From Candidatus Micrarchaeota archaeon (GTDB lineage Archaea > Micrarchaeota > Micrarchaeia > Anstonellales > J096), in NCBI GenBank assembly GCA_015523325.1, contig WAKO01000015.1, positions 9,812 through 73,811 on the forward strand: a stretch of DNA of 64,000 nt. The letters run 5' to 3'. Of this stretch, positions 39,501-48,145 are shown in pieces; positions within the stretch are counted from its first letter, which is position 1, and every line of letters starts with the position of its first letter. A model generated the notes under the pieces. The model was not told where the DNA came from. It did not search any database and saw only the letters and a program-made list of their open reading frames with translations. The translations under genes were made by a program, and so were the position numbers.

Positions 39501-41849
39501 TCCATCATCAAAGTATTTAACTCCTTTAAAGCTTCCTATGTTTGAAGGAAATAATGGAGAGTTAAAATCAGTTATTCTTCCATTATCATCCACTATTGAG
39601 ATTGGACCATTTTCTCCTAACTCCTCTGGGAAAAGCCAAGCGTCTTCCCTTTCCTTAATATTATAACCTCCTCCAGATGTATTAACCAAAGTGAATATAT
39701 CGTCTCCTCTTAAGTTAGTATAACACCTATAATCGCTTGGAGATAAATCTTCATTAAGTATTGGATAAGATTTATCAAACAGATTGGTTCCTACAAATAT
39801 AACTTCAGTTTGTGGACCTACAGATGCAAAAGCTATAGAAAATGTAGAGGAGTAATATGAATCAGAAATACTAGGTATTAATGAATTTCCTGTTTGATCT
39901 TTACACCCTCCAAATATATTTAAGTTTCCGCACACGTCTTCCAAAAACCCTCCAGGATCTGCATCAAGAGTTAGATTTACATCATTGTTTGGATATCTTT
40001 GGTCTATGTTTCTACACACATCTTCCAAATTAATATCCTTTATATAATTTCTTCCATCAAATATTATTCCAACATATTTATCAGATATTTCTTTTCTTAT
40101 ATCTTGAGCGCTACAGTAGTAAGGATCTGTACTATTAATGTTTTGGTTCTCTCTTGCAGTTATATTATAGTCAACATAAACAAAAATACTTCCTCCCAAA
40201 TGAGCAAGATAAATAAACCTATCGCTTCCTTCTCCATAATAATAAGGTTTCATTACAAGAACTTTTGGATGTTTTTCAACCAAATCTTTTTCTGAGAGAT
40301 AGGGTTTGTTTGGGGAGGATTGGCTAATTGGAGTTCCATCAAATAAATTATAGGAGTCAGGATATAAATAGTTGCAATCACCTCCTGTACAGCCACAAGG
40401 AACTTCTACAAGCTCTCCATTTTCAATTGCTGTGCAAGAGCTCCTATAATAATCTTTTTTATTGCAAAAAGAGGAAAGGCAATCTTGCCCACTCCTACAT
40501 TCATATTCAGCCCCAATCCTTTCCCTTCCCTCCTTATCCATACTTCCAAATTTAAACTGTTCATAATAAGTAGGAACTCTCCTTAATAATTCTGGATAGG
40601 AGTTGAGAGGGGCTCCTTCTAAAATTGTTATTGTTGAGTTCTCATAAATGCCTTGGGTTATGTTTCTAATTTTTCCAAGAGAACTTGATTTAGCTTTAGA
40701 AAAAGTAGGAAGGTAGTACTCATCTCCCTTTCTTTCAGAAGAAAATTCAAAACTCCCTAAATCTTGAGAAGAGCTAACCAAGCTTTGAAGAATTTCTTTA
40801 TCAAAAGATAAGCCAAATAAATAAGGAGTTACATAAACCTCATATCCCTTTTCATTAAACAACTCTCCATTATTTAAGAAAGGTATTTGCTTACTTTTGT
40901 ATTCTTGAGAATAGCAAAAAGAAAGAGAAGAGAAAGGTTTTTTCTCATTAGGAGAGAAGAGAAAATCTTGCTTTGCATTTAACATACATTCCGCAAAAGT
41001 AGTGAAGTTATTTATCCTCTCAGAACTTGAAGGAGAATAACCATTCAACACCCAATAATCTCCTTTCTTAACACAAAGTTGCTGATTATTTATCATTTCC
41101 TCAGTTAAATAAGTATAATAATCATCCACAAACCCAGAAGGGTTTAAGGCTAACATGTAGGAGGAGAAAGGAACTAAAGTTCTTGCTATCTCAAAGTCCT
41201 CAAAACTCCTTCCAGCCCCTATCCTATAGGTTACGAATAAAGCTCTTTGTGACTTAAGCTTTTCTAATGAGGAAGGAGTTAGTTCTCTAAACTCACACCT
41301 CGCATAAAGGAAATTAGATTGAGTTGAAACTAAATATTGGAAGTTATAATTAGGCAATCTATAGGTTAAGGAAACTCCTTCTCCAAAAACTCTTCTATTC
41401 TCTTCAGCATCAGCTATGGAAAAGGATTCTTTTTGAGGAGAATAATACATAGAAGGATAACATACTAGGTAAGTGCAACCAAATTCACACTTCTCTCCTG
41501 CCAAAAAGGTTCCAGGACAAGGAGAAACTTCTAAAGGAGAGGGAAACTCAACTATCTCATTATTAACTTTATCCCTTAAAGCACATATCTTACAAAATCC
41601 TGTTTCTTGAAATTCACTACAATCATACCAGTTTCCTCCACACCCTCCACAATCAATTCCAGAAGGACATTGTTTTTGGGAAAGTCCAACATAATCATCT
41701 GAAAATACTTGAGGAAGTGCATTGTTTTCCAAAACATCCTCCATGTTTGTTATACAAAGCTCTCCAACCTCTCTTAAACATCCTTGCAAAAATAATAGAG
41801 AGAGGAAAAGGATTATAAGGAAAGGCTTAAGGCCAAGTTTTATTCTCAT
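36573..41849 (-). CDS. Giant (1758 aa) Cys-rich secreted/lipoprotein-like protein
   Basis: Lipobox-like LLFLQGC, many Cys clusters, no obvious internal TM; SD AGGAGG before ATG. Confidence 0.75.
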   Translation of the reverse strand: MRIKLGLKPFLIILFLSLLFLQGCLREVGELCITNMEDVLENNALPQVFSDDYVGLSQKQCPSGIDCGGCGGNWYDCSEFQETGFCKICALRDKVNNEIVEFPSPLEVSPCPGTFLAGEKCEFGCTYLVCYPSMYYSPQKESFSIADAEENRRVFGEGVSLTYRLPNYNFQYLVSTQSNFLYARCEFRELTPSSLEKLKSQRALFVTYRIGAGRSFEDFEIARTLVPFSSYMLALNPSGFVDDYYTYLTEEMINNQQLCVKKGDYWVLNGYSPSSSERINNFTTFAECMLNAKQDFLFSPNEKKPFSSLSFCYSQEYKSKQIPFLNNGELFNEKGYEVYVTPYLFGLSFDKEILQSLVSSSQDLGSFEFSSERKGDEYYLPTFSKAKSSSLGKIRNITQGIYENSTITILEGAPLNSYPELLRRVPTYYEQFKFGSMDKEGRERIGAEYECRSGQDCLSSFCNKKDYYRSSCTAIENGELVEVPCGCTGGDCNYLYPDSYNLFDGTPISQSSPNKPYLSEKDLVEKHPKVLVMKPYYYGEGSDRFIYLAHLGGSIFVYVDYNITARENQNINSTDPYYCSAQDIRKEISDKYVGIIFDGRNYIKDINLEDVCRNIDQRYPNNDVNLTLDADPGGFLEDVCGNLNIFGGCKDQTGNSLIPSISDSYYSSTFSIAFASVGPQTEVIFVGTNLFDKSYPILNEDLSPSDYRCYTNLRGDDIFTLVNTSGGGYNIKEREDAWLFPEELGENGPISIVDDNGRITDFNSPLFPSNIGSFKGVKYFDDGRGPFLRGVILEREAIPAPSKTFVKENTQEMYIMNYFTGNPEFFEQLVEQYEKERLFLASYGEVGPWVDVNYSLLFFDLASDVSPMLPIGFEKQTDLGFQDGKRCAVIESGIPVISYGAKGQDLSLARLSDLRDYLFLAPKAWPSSTSPSNYETDSTYLNYLSYSGTSQNDFPVYDNCNENQEIEYAFCFNPYITKYPNSLYQGDSLMLNLSNSPYSINPELCAELPPKYFCLGSWVGDEYEGTCFGDMAVSAFVFKDEISDGKFGKCIANDTLTGLRVNEFGYCEGSSPLNLAFEEIESSIEISSKTSQYIPDVINFTSFFDEKSSFRGTLNLIALSKNIDGTELIKEVGRILSPTPPFIETIILNYPEESSLRSLWYDVLYTCMIDKDCDKLEPPSRFIDYWEWNPVDWELHRKYLGKEGCLAYGIGCDKRYAGAVETRYIRVERLWEYEFLDPIANTFLYSYTLPSKAYLYFLSLVDADPPLEKFSINYEKVSGGSEEDYEEGRYRFDLQDLPDEANFSFYGVFTKAPKSEEFVVAPRVTFYSNESFNPPNFYPSNYYLKDRLISYMGRGILPVLIVDDPSLYEVKYTNLDKGYDPFFKPSVEELSLSLPLLKLLQDVQLAIRDPYNERGFSFFSKADTGTAIIVTNKLILDSDNKALYSERGYSVNNQNTISRIKAVKASCKDCLVGISIAFDKPLSSLETSDLQEIFEDNARGLSKLSPFKDQREDKYDVVIFRVGFNIIGLDELRARSEVDKLVEISRLSLSTLGLPTIFYINDIVYANESELELFFSYLNYRKSALISNGNIGIQFEDVLNKNNIPGKRFYLLPSPEGICQFSRNLMSLGGFVNLKSSQPYDVADDCETPDCIPKKQCVSKIRCEIKKDEIAEFEISEYSEELSDFIGLSLSQTGFSLCDNETSKTVAIASQYVAPITFNIPPPGFNEENYCYPTALSPQELSEIFTQGIKYATCYPVE

Positions 41850-41858
41850 GATCTCCTC

Positions 41859-42896
41859 CTAAATAAGCCTGTTTAATAAAGACCCTATGTCTGCTCCTGT
41901 ATAGATTCCTTTGCTTAAAATAAGAGAGAAGTTGTTTATAAATATTGCAGTCAACGAGAGCGAAACAATTTGAGAAATTAAGAACTCAGTAGAAAGAATT
42001 AATCCTAAATCTTCCTCTATAGATTGTGGTTCTCCTAACGTTGGGTTGAATCCTCTAACCAATTGTTGTTCTGGGAGGATTAGGGCACTAGTGGCTACTA
42101 ACTTACAAAATGCTTGGTCAGCTTCAACAAAAAACTCTTCCTTATCTTCTAATATTAATTTTGGAACTCCAAAAAAGAACATTGCAGTTGTTATTGGATA
42201 AACATAATAAAACCCTATGGAAAGAGCTATAAGGAAGCTTCCTGCTGCTCTAAAGAAAGGAATTACTCTTAAAATTAAACCAAAGATCAGGAAATAGCCC
42301 ATGCTATCCTTTATATATCCTAAAGCTGAGTAAGCAACTGATAATCCAACAGCTATTGAGGTATCAATACTAGCCCTAATTATTAATTCATTTCCTCTCT
42401 TTATTGAAGAGAAAGAAGGATCTCCAAGGATTGGGTAGGAAAAGATAGAGAAGGTGGTACCTCCTTCTTTCAAATAATTAGAGGCTAACCTAGCATTTTT
42501 CATAGCTAATAAAAAGGCAGAGTTCATATTGTCAAATACAAGTGGTCTCAAATAGGACTCAATAAACCCTATTGTTCCTTCTGTTGGAGTGAAGATGAAA
42601 GGATAGAAGATTGTAGCAAGCCATTCAATTATTTTAAAGAGGAGAAAAAGTCCTGCCCAGAGAAGGGCAACTGCAATACTATCCAATATCTCAGCCTTTG
42701 CTTTAACAACTCCTTGTTCATCACTAAATATTTTAGCAAACATATACCTCAAAACTGCTACTGCAAAAAATATTATTACTCCAATCAAGAATAGCTTTTC
42801 AAAGGATGCTATTTCATTAGGAGAGAGAAAAGCTGTTATTGTTGGCTCTTGGGAGAGATAAGGAAGATGGGAATTTAAAAGAACTAACTCAAGCAT
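41859..42896 (-). CDS. CedA/VirB6-like multi-pass membrane protein, paralog 6
   Basis: FGLILRVIPFFRAAGSFLIALSIGFYYVYP. Confidence 0.6.
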   Translation of the reverse strand: MLELVLLNSHLPYLSQEPTITAFLSPNEIASFEKLFLIGVIIFFAVAVLRYMFAKIFSDEQGVVKAKAEILDSIAVALLWAGLFLLFKIIEWLATIFYPFIFTPTEGTIGFIESYLRPLVFDNMNSAFLLAMKNARLASNYLKEGGTTFSIFSYPILGDPSFSSIKRGNELIIRASIDTSIAVGLSVAYSALGYIKDSMGYFLIFGLILRVIPFFRAAGSFLIALSIGFYYVYPITTAMFFFGVPKLILEDKEEFFVEADQAFCKLVATSALILPEQQLVRGFNPTLGEPQSIEEDLGLILSTEFLISQIVSLSLTAIFINNFSLILSKGIYTGADIGSLLNRLI

Positions 42897-42939
42897 ATTA
42901 CCCCTTTCTCAGAGCAAATATAAAATTTTAATGGAAAAA

Positions 42940-44031
42940 TTACCAAGTAATTATTCCGCTCATTCTTATAAACATCTCCATAAGATTATTGCTTTCCCCT
43001 AAAAGCCTTAGTAAAGATCTAACAACAACAGCCATTATTATCAAATTTATAGAGCCAAACAAAACTACCCTAAATATTAATCCCGCATAGGCCTCAATTA
43101 TATTTGAAACATTTATAACAACTCCTGATTTATCTTCAATAATAACATTTGTTCCACTTCCCTTAATCTTCCATTCATCAGTTAAAGTTCCCAAAGAGAG
43201 TTGAAGAAAAGATTGGCTTATGGAAGGAATTCTATCATTAGTTAGCTTAGAAGCTGAGGAGAAATCGGTTGCAATCAAATCATTTGAATTCAAATTTGGT
43301 AAGCCAAGAACATACGCTTCTAAAACTATTAAAAGAGGGTAAAAAACATAAAAAGAGAGGATTAAGGCAAATAGCACATTAGCAAAGGTTCTAGTGAATG
43401 GAATTAATCTCATAACTATCATTATTGAGAGAACAGCTACAATGTTTTGAGAGAGAAAGAACTTTATAAGAACTAGCTGGGAAAATGCAAAAAGAAAAAC
43501 AGTTGTGAAAAGCAAAGAGGAGATTTGGAATAAAAAGCGAGTAGCCCACTCTAAATCAGAAAAAGGATAAATAAAGGTTTGGGGAGCTCCTAGCAAACAA
43601 ATTAAAAAACTATTTGAAGCACATTTTGAGATGCTTATTCTTGTTAAATAAAGCAAGTGCATTAAAGCCCAATTATTTGCTGCTGAGAGTTCTAAGGAGG
43701 AAGCAGTGAGGGAAAGTGAATAATCATAAGCAGCCTCATAAAAACAATCTCCTTGGAGTATTCCTTGCTTTCCTGTAATGCTCTCCATAAAATCATTCAG
43801 CAAAGATGAGGAGGTGTCTTTGAAAAAAGAAACTATTATTATTAGAAAAACTATTATGAAACCATCTGCAATAACATTCCATATTTCTTCTCTTGCCCAA
43901 AAGGATACTTTTTCATCCCCTATTATGCGTGAGGCTATGAAAGCTATTGCTATTATTCCGAATGAAACAAGAACACTTAAAGAGAGTAAAGAAACATCAA
44001 TTGAAAATGCTGTGGAACATAAATCTGCCAT
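42940..44031 (-). CDS. CedA/VirB6-like multi-pass membrane protein, paralog 5
   Basis: IMIVMRLIPFTRTFANVLFALILSFYVFYP. Confidence 0.6.
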   Translation of the reverse strand: MADLCSTAFSIDVSLLSLSVLVSFGIIAIAFIASRIIGDEKVSFWAREEIWNVIADGFIIVFLIIIVSFFKDTSSSLLNDFMESITGKQGILQGDCFYEAAYDYSLSLTASSLELSAANNWALMHLLYLTRISISKCASNSFLICLLGAPQTFIYPFSDLEWATRFLFQISSLLFTTVFLFAFSQLVLIKFFLSQNIVAVLSIMIVMRLIPFTRTFANVLFALILSFYVFYPLLIVLEAYVLGLPNLNSNDLIATDFSSASKLTNDRIPSISQSFLQLSLGTLTDEWKIKGSGTNVIIEDKSGVVINVSNIIEAYAGLIFRVVLFGSINLIIMAVVVRSLLRLLGESNNLMEMFIRMSGIITW

Positions 44032-44038
44032 CTTATCC

Positions 44039-45148
44039 TCATCCTCCTGAAATGTAGTAGGTTAACCTTCCTATTATGAATGGGCTTATCTCAGCTCCAA
44101 GTATCTTCGCTATTCCTCCAACAATAGAAACAAAAGTTAGTAATGTTATTCCCTGCGCCAATATTACAAAAAACACAAAGGAAGAAATAACACTACCTGA
44201 AGAGGTTATTGCATTCTTAACCTTAGATAAGTAAGAAGTTAGTTTTGAGTTAGGGCAAGGAAAGACTAAAGCTTCTACTCCTGAAAGCTCAACTTTTATA
44301 GAGTTATAGAAGGAATTTATTTGGTTTTGTATTGCTGCTTGGCCAGTAAAGTAAGTGTTAACAACAGCATTTGAAACTAAGATGGAGAAGGGCATTATTG
44401 AATACAAACCTATTGCTAATGCTAAGAAAAATGCTCCTCCACCTCTAGTTATTGGATTAGCTCTAAGTATTATTCCAATTGCAAGCAAAACAGTTATTGC
44501 TTCTTGGGAAGAGAGTTGTTCTATTAAAAACCTCTGAAACTCTAAAGCCATATAAGCAATTCCCAAAAAATAAGAAAATCCAGACATTGGTCTTATCACC
44601 GCATTATAAGCAGTGCATGGACTTAGAGAGGCTCCAGCATCTGCAGCAGGGTTTGATAAAAAACCTCTAATTCCACTACTTTCAGGATCACTACTTCTTG
44701 GAAATTCTATGGAAGTGGAGGAAAGGAAAGAAACCTGAGAAGTTAGAGAGGCCATAGCACTAGCATCTCTTAAAAAGGAAGAATGAGCATTTAGAATATC
44801 GCTCAAAACTCCTGCATTATAATCAAGAACTAAAAGGGAAGAGCTAATCAATGCATTTCTAGAAGCATTTGCCCCTGTAGTGTAGGAGTATATTGTTGCT
44901 CCTCCTATCTTCTTATTTATATAATCTGCCAACAAACCAAATAAATTATTGGCTACATCAGAAAATAGGAAAGACGTTAAAGCAACAAACAAAGCTAGGA
45001 AAAGAACATATTCAAAGAACTCGTTTCTTGAAATTATTATTAGGGAGGAGTTTTGGAGAGCCTTGCCTATCATAAACATTAAACTATAGAAGAGGACTGG
45101 AAAAACGATGATAGGGGCTAAAGGGGAGAGCTCAACCATATAACTCAA
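44039..45148 (-). CDS. CedA/VirB6-like multi-pass membrane protein, paralog 4
   Basis: IGIILRANPITRGGGAFFLALAIGLYSIMP. Confidence 0.6.
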   Translation of the reverse strand: MSYMVELSPLAPIIVFPVLFYSLMFMIGKALQNSSLIIISRNEFFEYVLFLALFVALTSFLFSDVANNLFGLLADYINKKIGGATIYSYTTGANASRNALISSSLLVLDYNAGVLSDILNAHSSFLRDASAMASLTSQVSFLSSTSIEFPRSSDPESSGIRGFLSNPAADAGASLSPCTAYNAVIRPMSGFSYFLGIAYMALEFQRFLIEQLSSQEAITVLLAIGIILRANPITRGGGAFFLALAIGLYSIMPFSILVSNAVVNTYFTGQAAIQNQINSFYNSIKVELSGVEALVFPCPNSKLTSYLSKVKNAITSSGSVISSFVFFVILAQGITLLTFVSIVGGIAKILGAEISPFIIGRLTYYISGG

Positions 45149-45224
45149 CCTACATTCTTTAACAATCTTTTCTATTTCTTTTCTATTTTTTCAAATTTAT
45201 TTTTTTCCCTTAATCCCAAGATTC

Positions 45225-47207
45225 TTACCTAAAGAGCTTGTTTATTGCTGGAAGGAACATATCTCCCTCCATAAATGAAGAGAATCCCGCAACACTATAA
45301 ATTGTTGCAATTAGAGCTAGTAAAGGAATTCCATAAGTAGCAAATATTACCTTTCCTAAATCCAATAGCTGAGATTGTTCATTTGCAAACAAAACAGTTA
45401 CAAGAGGGGCCCTATTAGCACAAAGACTACAATCCACATAAGTTGGATAATATCTTAGGTTGGTTGGGTAGTTTTCACATCCAGAACAAGTTCCATAAGC
45501 GCTTGGCAAAGGTTCCACAACAACCTCAAAATAATTTTTAAGATTTTGTCTATTAATGAGGAGGGTTGACCAATCCTCATAATTAAATATTCCTTTTGAT
45601 TGCTCATACCATCCATTTCCTCCAAAACAATTGTATTCAGCAAAGCAAACGTCCTCTGTATAATTATCAAATTTTAAAATGTAGTTGCTGCCTGTGTAAT
45701 AAGCATCAATACTCCTACATTGAGTAGGGCAAAAAACATTAAAGCTATCTTTTGTTCCAGGAACTATATTTGGAAGGCTCCTACAATCAGTTGGGCACTC
45801 AATCTCATACTTTTGAATGTCATCAGAAGGAGAAGAGAGCTCAAATATCTCATTATAAAGTTGCTCATTCTCATATGCATACATCTTCTTAAAACATTGA
45901 GGATAATTATCATACAAAACTTTGCAAGCTCTCTCTGCATCTCTACATTGAATTGAATCATCTGGGTATGGGAGGGTTCTACACTCCTCAAAACAATAAA
46001 GCCCTGTTGTGTCTTGAGGAGTAGCGTTAGGGGAAAGAGGGGTTAAGGTTAATCTACTCCCTCTCCTTATCTCGTAAAGTTGCTCAAAACCTGCTTCTTC
46101 AGAATATCCTTTCAATGTTGCTAAGGAAACAACATCATTAGCATAATCTAAAGCACCTAGCTCTCTTGCATAATACTCACAAGAGTAGAATGTTGTAGAA
46201 GTTTGAGGATCAACAAATGTTTCTGTTTCCCCTCTAATAAATTCAGGAGCAAATTGGTAGAGGGCTATTTCATTACTAAAAACTTGCTTTGGATTTGTTT
46301 TATCATAAAAAGCTATTACATTGTTAAAGCAAACTGAAGGGCAAACTTCATAAGAAGATTCTTGCAATTGAGAGATTGGTTGGAAGAAAGGAAAGTAGAA
46401 GAGAAACATAAATGTGGGGTAAAATAGCATTATCCCTAAACCAACAGCAATTAGAGTAGAACCTATTCTCCTACTAAATATAAAAATTCTTAATAGAATT
46501 CCTACAGCCAATATAGCCGGGCCAAATAAGGAGGTGGAAAGCTTAAGAGTAAAGAAGGATACTACAACTCCAATATAAGCAAACTCAAAGAAATCTCTTA
46601 GTATTAACTTTGGATAAGAAGAAGCTCCTTTATCATACTCATATCCAAAACTAGAATAAGCTGCAATTAGGTTTTCTATTCCAATATGAAAACCCAAAGT
46701 TACTTGGGATTTGGCTATTTCCTTGTTTATCTCAATAACTTTATTTTCCATTGGTTCTAAATAGGAGTTCTTTAAGTAGTTAAACACAAAGTTATCCAAA
46801 CAAAATCCATAACTGTTTTGAGGATCACAAGCAATAGCATAATCTTTTTCAAGGCTAACTAAGCCAACCAAAAAATCAACAAATGCTAGAGCAATTATTA
46901 GGAACATCACTATAGCTGTATTTGCTAGGAGTTCCTTTACTTCTATTCTGAAATAATACTTAAGGATTTGTAAATTAAAGAGATCTCCAAGCATATAAAG
47001 CAAAGCTGTTATAAAAACAGCAATAGCTAAAGAAAGGATTGCTAAAGCCTGCCAATTCTTCAAAATATCAAACAATATGCCAGAAGGAGCATTTTGGAGG
47101 TCTTGAAACCTTTGTTCTAGAGAAGTGGAAAAAGTTATAGCTAAAATAAAGGCAAGGAAGAAAATAAAAAGAAAATATCTGGATCTCTCTTCTTTCATAC
47201 TATTCAC
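45225..47207 (-). CDS. CedA/VirB6-like multi-pass membrane protein, paralog 3, with large Cys-rich insertion
   Basis: VGILLRIFIFSRRIGSTLIAVGLGIMLFYP followed by CPxxC(R) repeats. Confidence 0.6.
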   Translation of the reverse strand: MNSMKEERSRYFLFIFFLAFILAITFSTSLEQRFQDLQNAPSGILFDILKNWQALAILSLAIAVFITALLYMLGDLFNLQILKYYFRIEVKELLANTAIVMFLIIALAFVDFLVGLVSLEKDYAIACDPQNSYGFCLDNFVFNYLKNSYLEPMENKVIEINKEIAKSQVTLGFHIGIENLIAAYSSFGYEYDKGASSYPKLILRDFFEFAYIGVVVSFFTLKLSTSLFGPAILAVGILLRIFIFSRRIGSTLIAVGLGIMLFYPTFMFLFYFPFFQPISQLQESSYEVCPSVCFNNVIAFYDKTNPKQVFSNEIALYQFAPEFIRGETETFVDPQTSTTFYSCEYYARELGALDYANDVVSLATLKGYSEEAGFEQLYEIRRGSRLTLTPLSPNATPQDTTGLYCFEECRTLPYPDDSIQCRDAERACKVLYDNYPQCFKKMYAYENEQLYNEIFELSSPSDDIQKYEIECPTDCRSLPNIVPGTKDSFNVFCPTQCRSIDAYYTGSNYILKFDNYTEDVCFAEYNCFGGNGWYEQSKGIFNYEDWSTLLINRQNLKNYFEVVVEPLPSAYGTCSGCENYPTNLRYYPTYVDCSLCANRAPLVTVLFANEQSQLLDLGKVIFATYGIPLLALIATIYSVAGFSSFMEGDMFLPAINKLFR

Positions 47208-48138
47208 TTCCTAATGAGAATACATCAAAAATTTTCTTAAAGTTTGAGATAAAGCTGAAAACCAATCCAAGTATTAGATTTGGAATAAATACAGAGGTTA
47301 AAGTATAGATTTGCAAAAACGCTAAATCCTCACAAGTTATTGGAGTTAGAAAATAAAAAGAAAAACCAGAAGGAAGCTTTCCCTCCAACTCATCACAAAG
47401 GTCTAAATAAAGGCTTGCTATTGGATTGGAGAAGTCAATAAAAGGATAGAGAAAAACTGAATAAAGAGAAGGAAGTAGGAAAAATATTCCTATGAATAAG
47501 GAATACATGAAATCTCCTACAGAAGTAAAGCCTGGAATAATCCTTATTATTAAAGCTAAGAGAAGGAGGATAAAAATAGCATTGCTACTTACTAATAATT
47601 CTAAAATAAATCTTTGAATGGAGAGAGTAGCCAGGATTGCGTTTAAAGCTCCTATTCCCATATTAGCATTTTCCACAAATATAATATTTTTTGGAGCTGA
47701 TCTAGAAGGGAAAAAAGCAATCCCAGAGCCAAAGCTACTTATTTGCCTATAAACTATTGAATTAGGGCCAAACTCAGTAATTATTTGGTCTCTATAATAC
47801 TTTATCTTTCTTATTATTTGAAGTTGCATTATTTTTATTGACTCTCCTCCAGCTGTAACCAAAAACTCATAATCATCTCCTGCTGGAAGTAAATAGGAGA
47901 AAGTAAAGCAAAATAAAGAGAGCAAAGGTCCTGTTATTGCAAAAAATAAGGCAGAAATTGCAAAGTTTCTCATGAGATCTTGAAAAAGCAAAACTGCTCT
48001 TCTATCGTTTGGATTAGCTCTTGTATAAACAAAGAGAGCTATTGAGGAAAAAGCTAGGATTAAGATTAAAACTGCAATAGTTCCTTGATTTTTTAGCAAT
48101 TCATTAACCAAAGCTGTTGAAATGTCAAGGCACTTCAT
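47200..48138 (-). CDS. CedA/VirB6-like multi-pass membrane protein, paralog 2
   Basis: LALIIRIIPGFTSVGDFMYSLFIGIFFLLP. Confidence 0.55.
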   Translation of the reverse strand: MKCLDISTALVNELLKNQGTIAVLILILAFSSIALFVYTRANPNDRRAVLLFQDLMRNFAISALFFAITGPLLSLFCFTFSYLLPAGDDYEFLVTAGGESIKIMQLQIIRKIKYYRDQIITEFGPNSIVYRQISSFGSGIAFFPSRSAPKNIIFVENANMGIGALNAILATLSIQRFILELLVSSNAIFILLLLALIIRIIPGFTSVGDFMYSLFIGIFFLLPSLYSVFLYPFIDFSNPIASLYLDLCDELEGKLPSGFSFYFLTPITCEDLAFLQIYTLTSVFIPNLILGLVFSFISNFKKIFDVFSLGSE

Positions 48139-48145
48139 GCTATCC

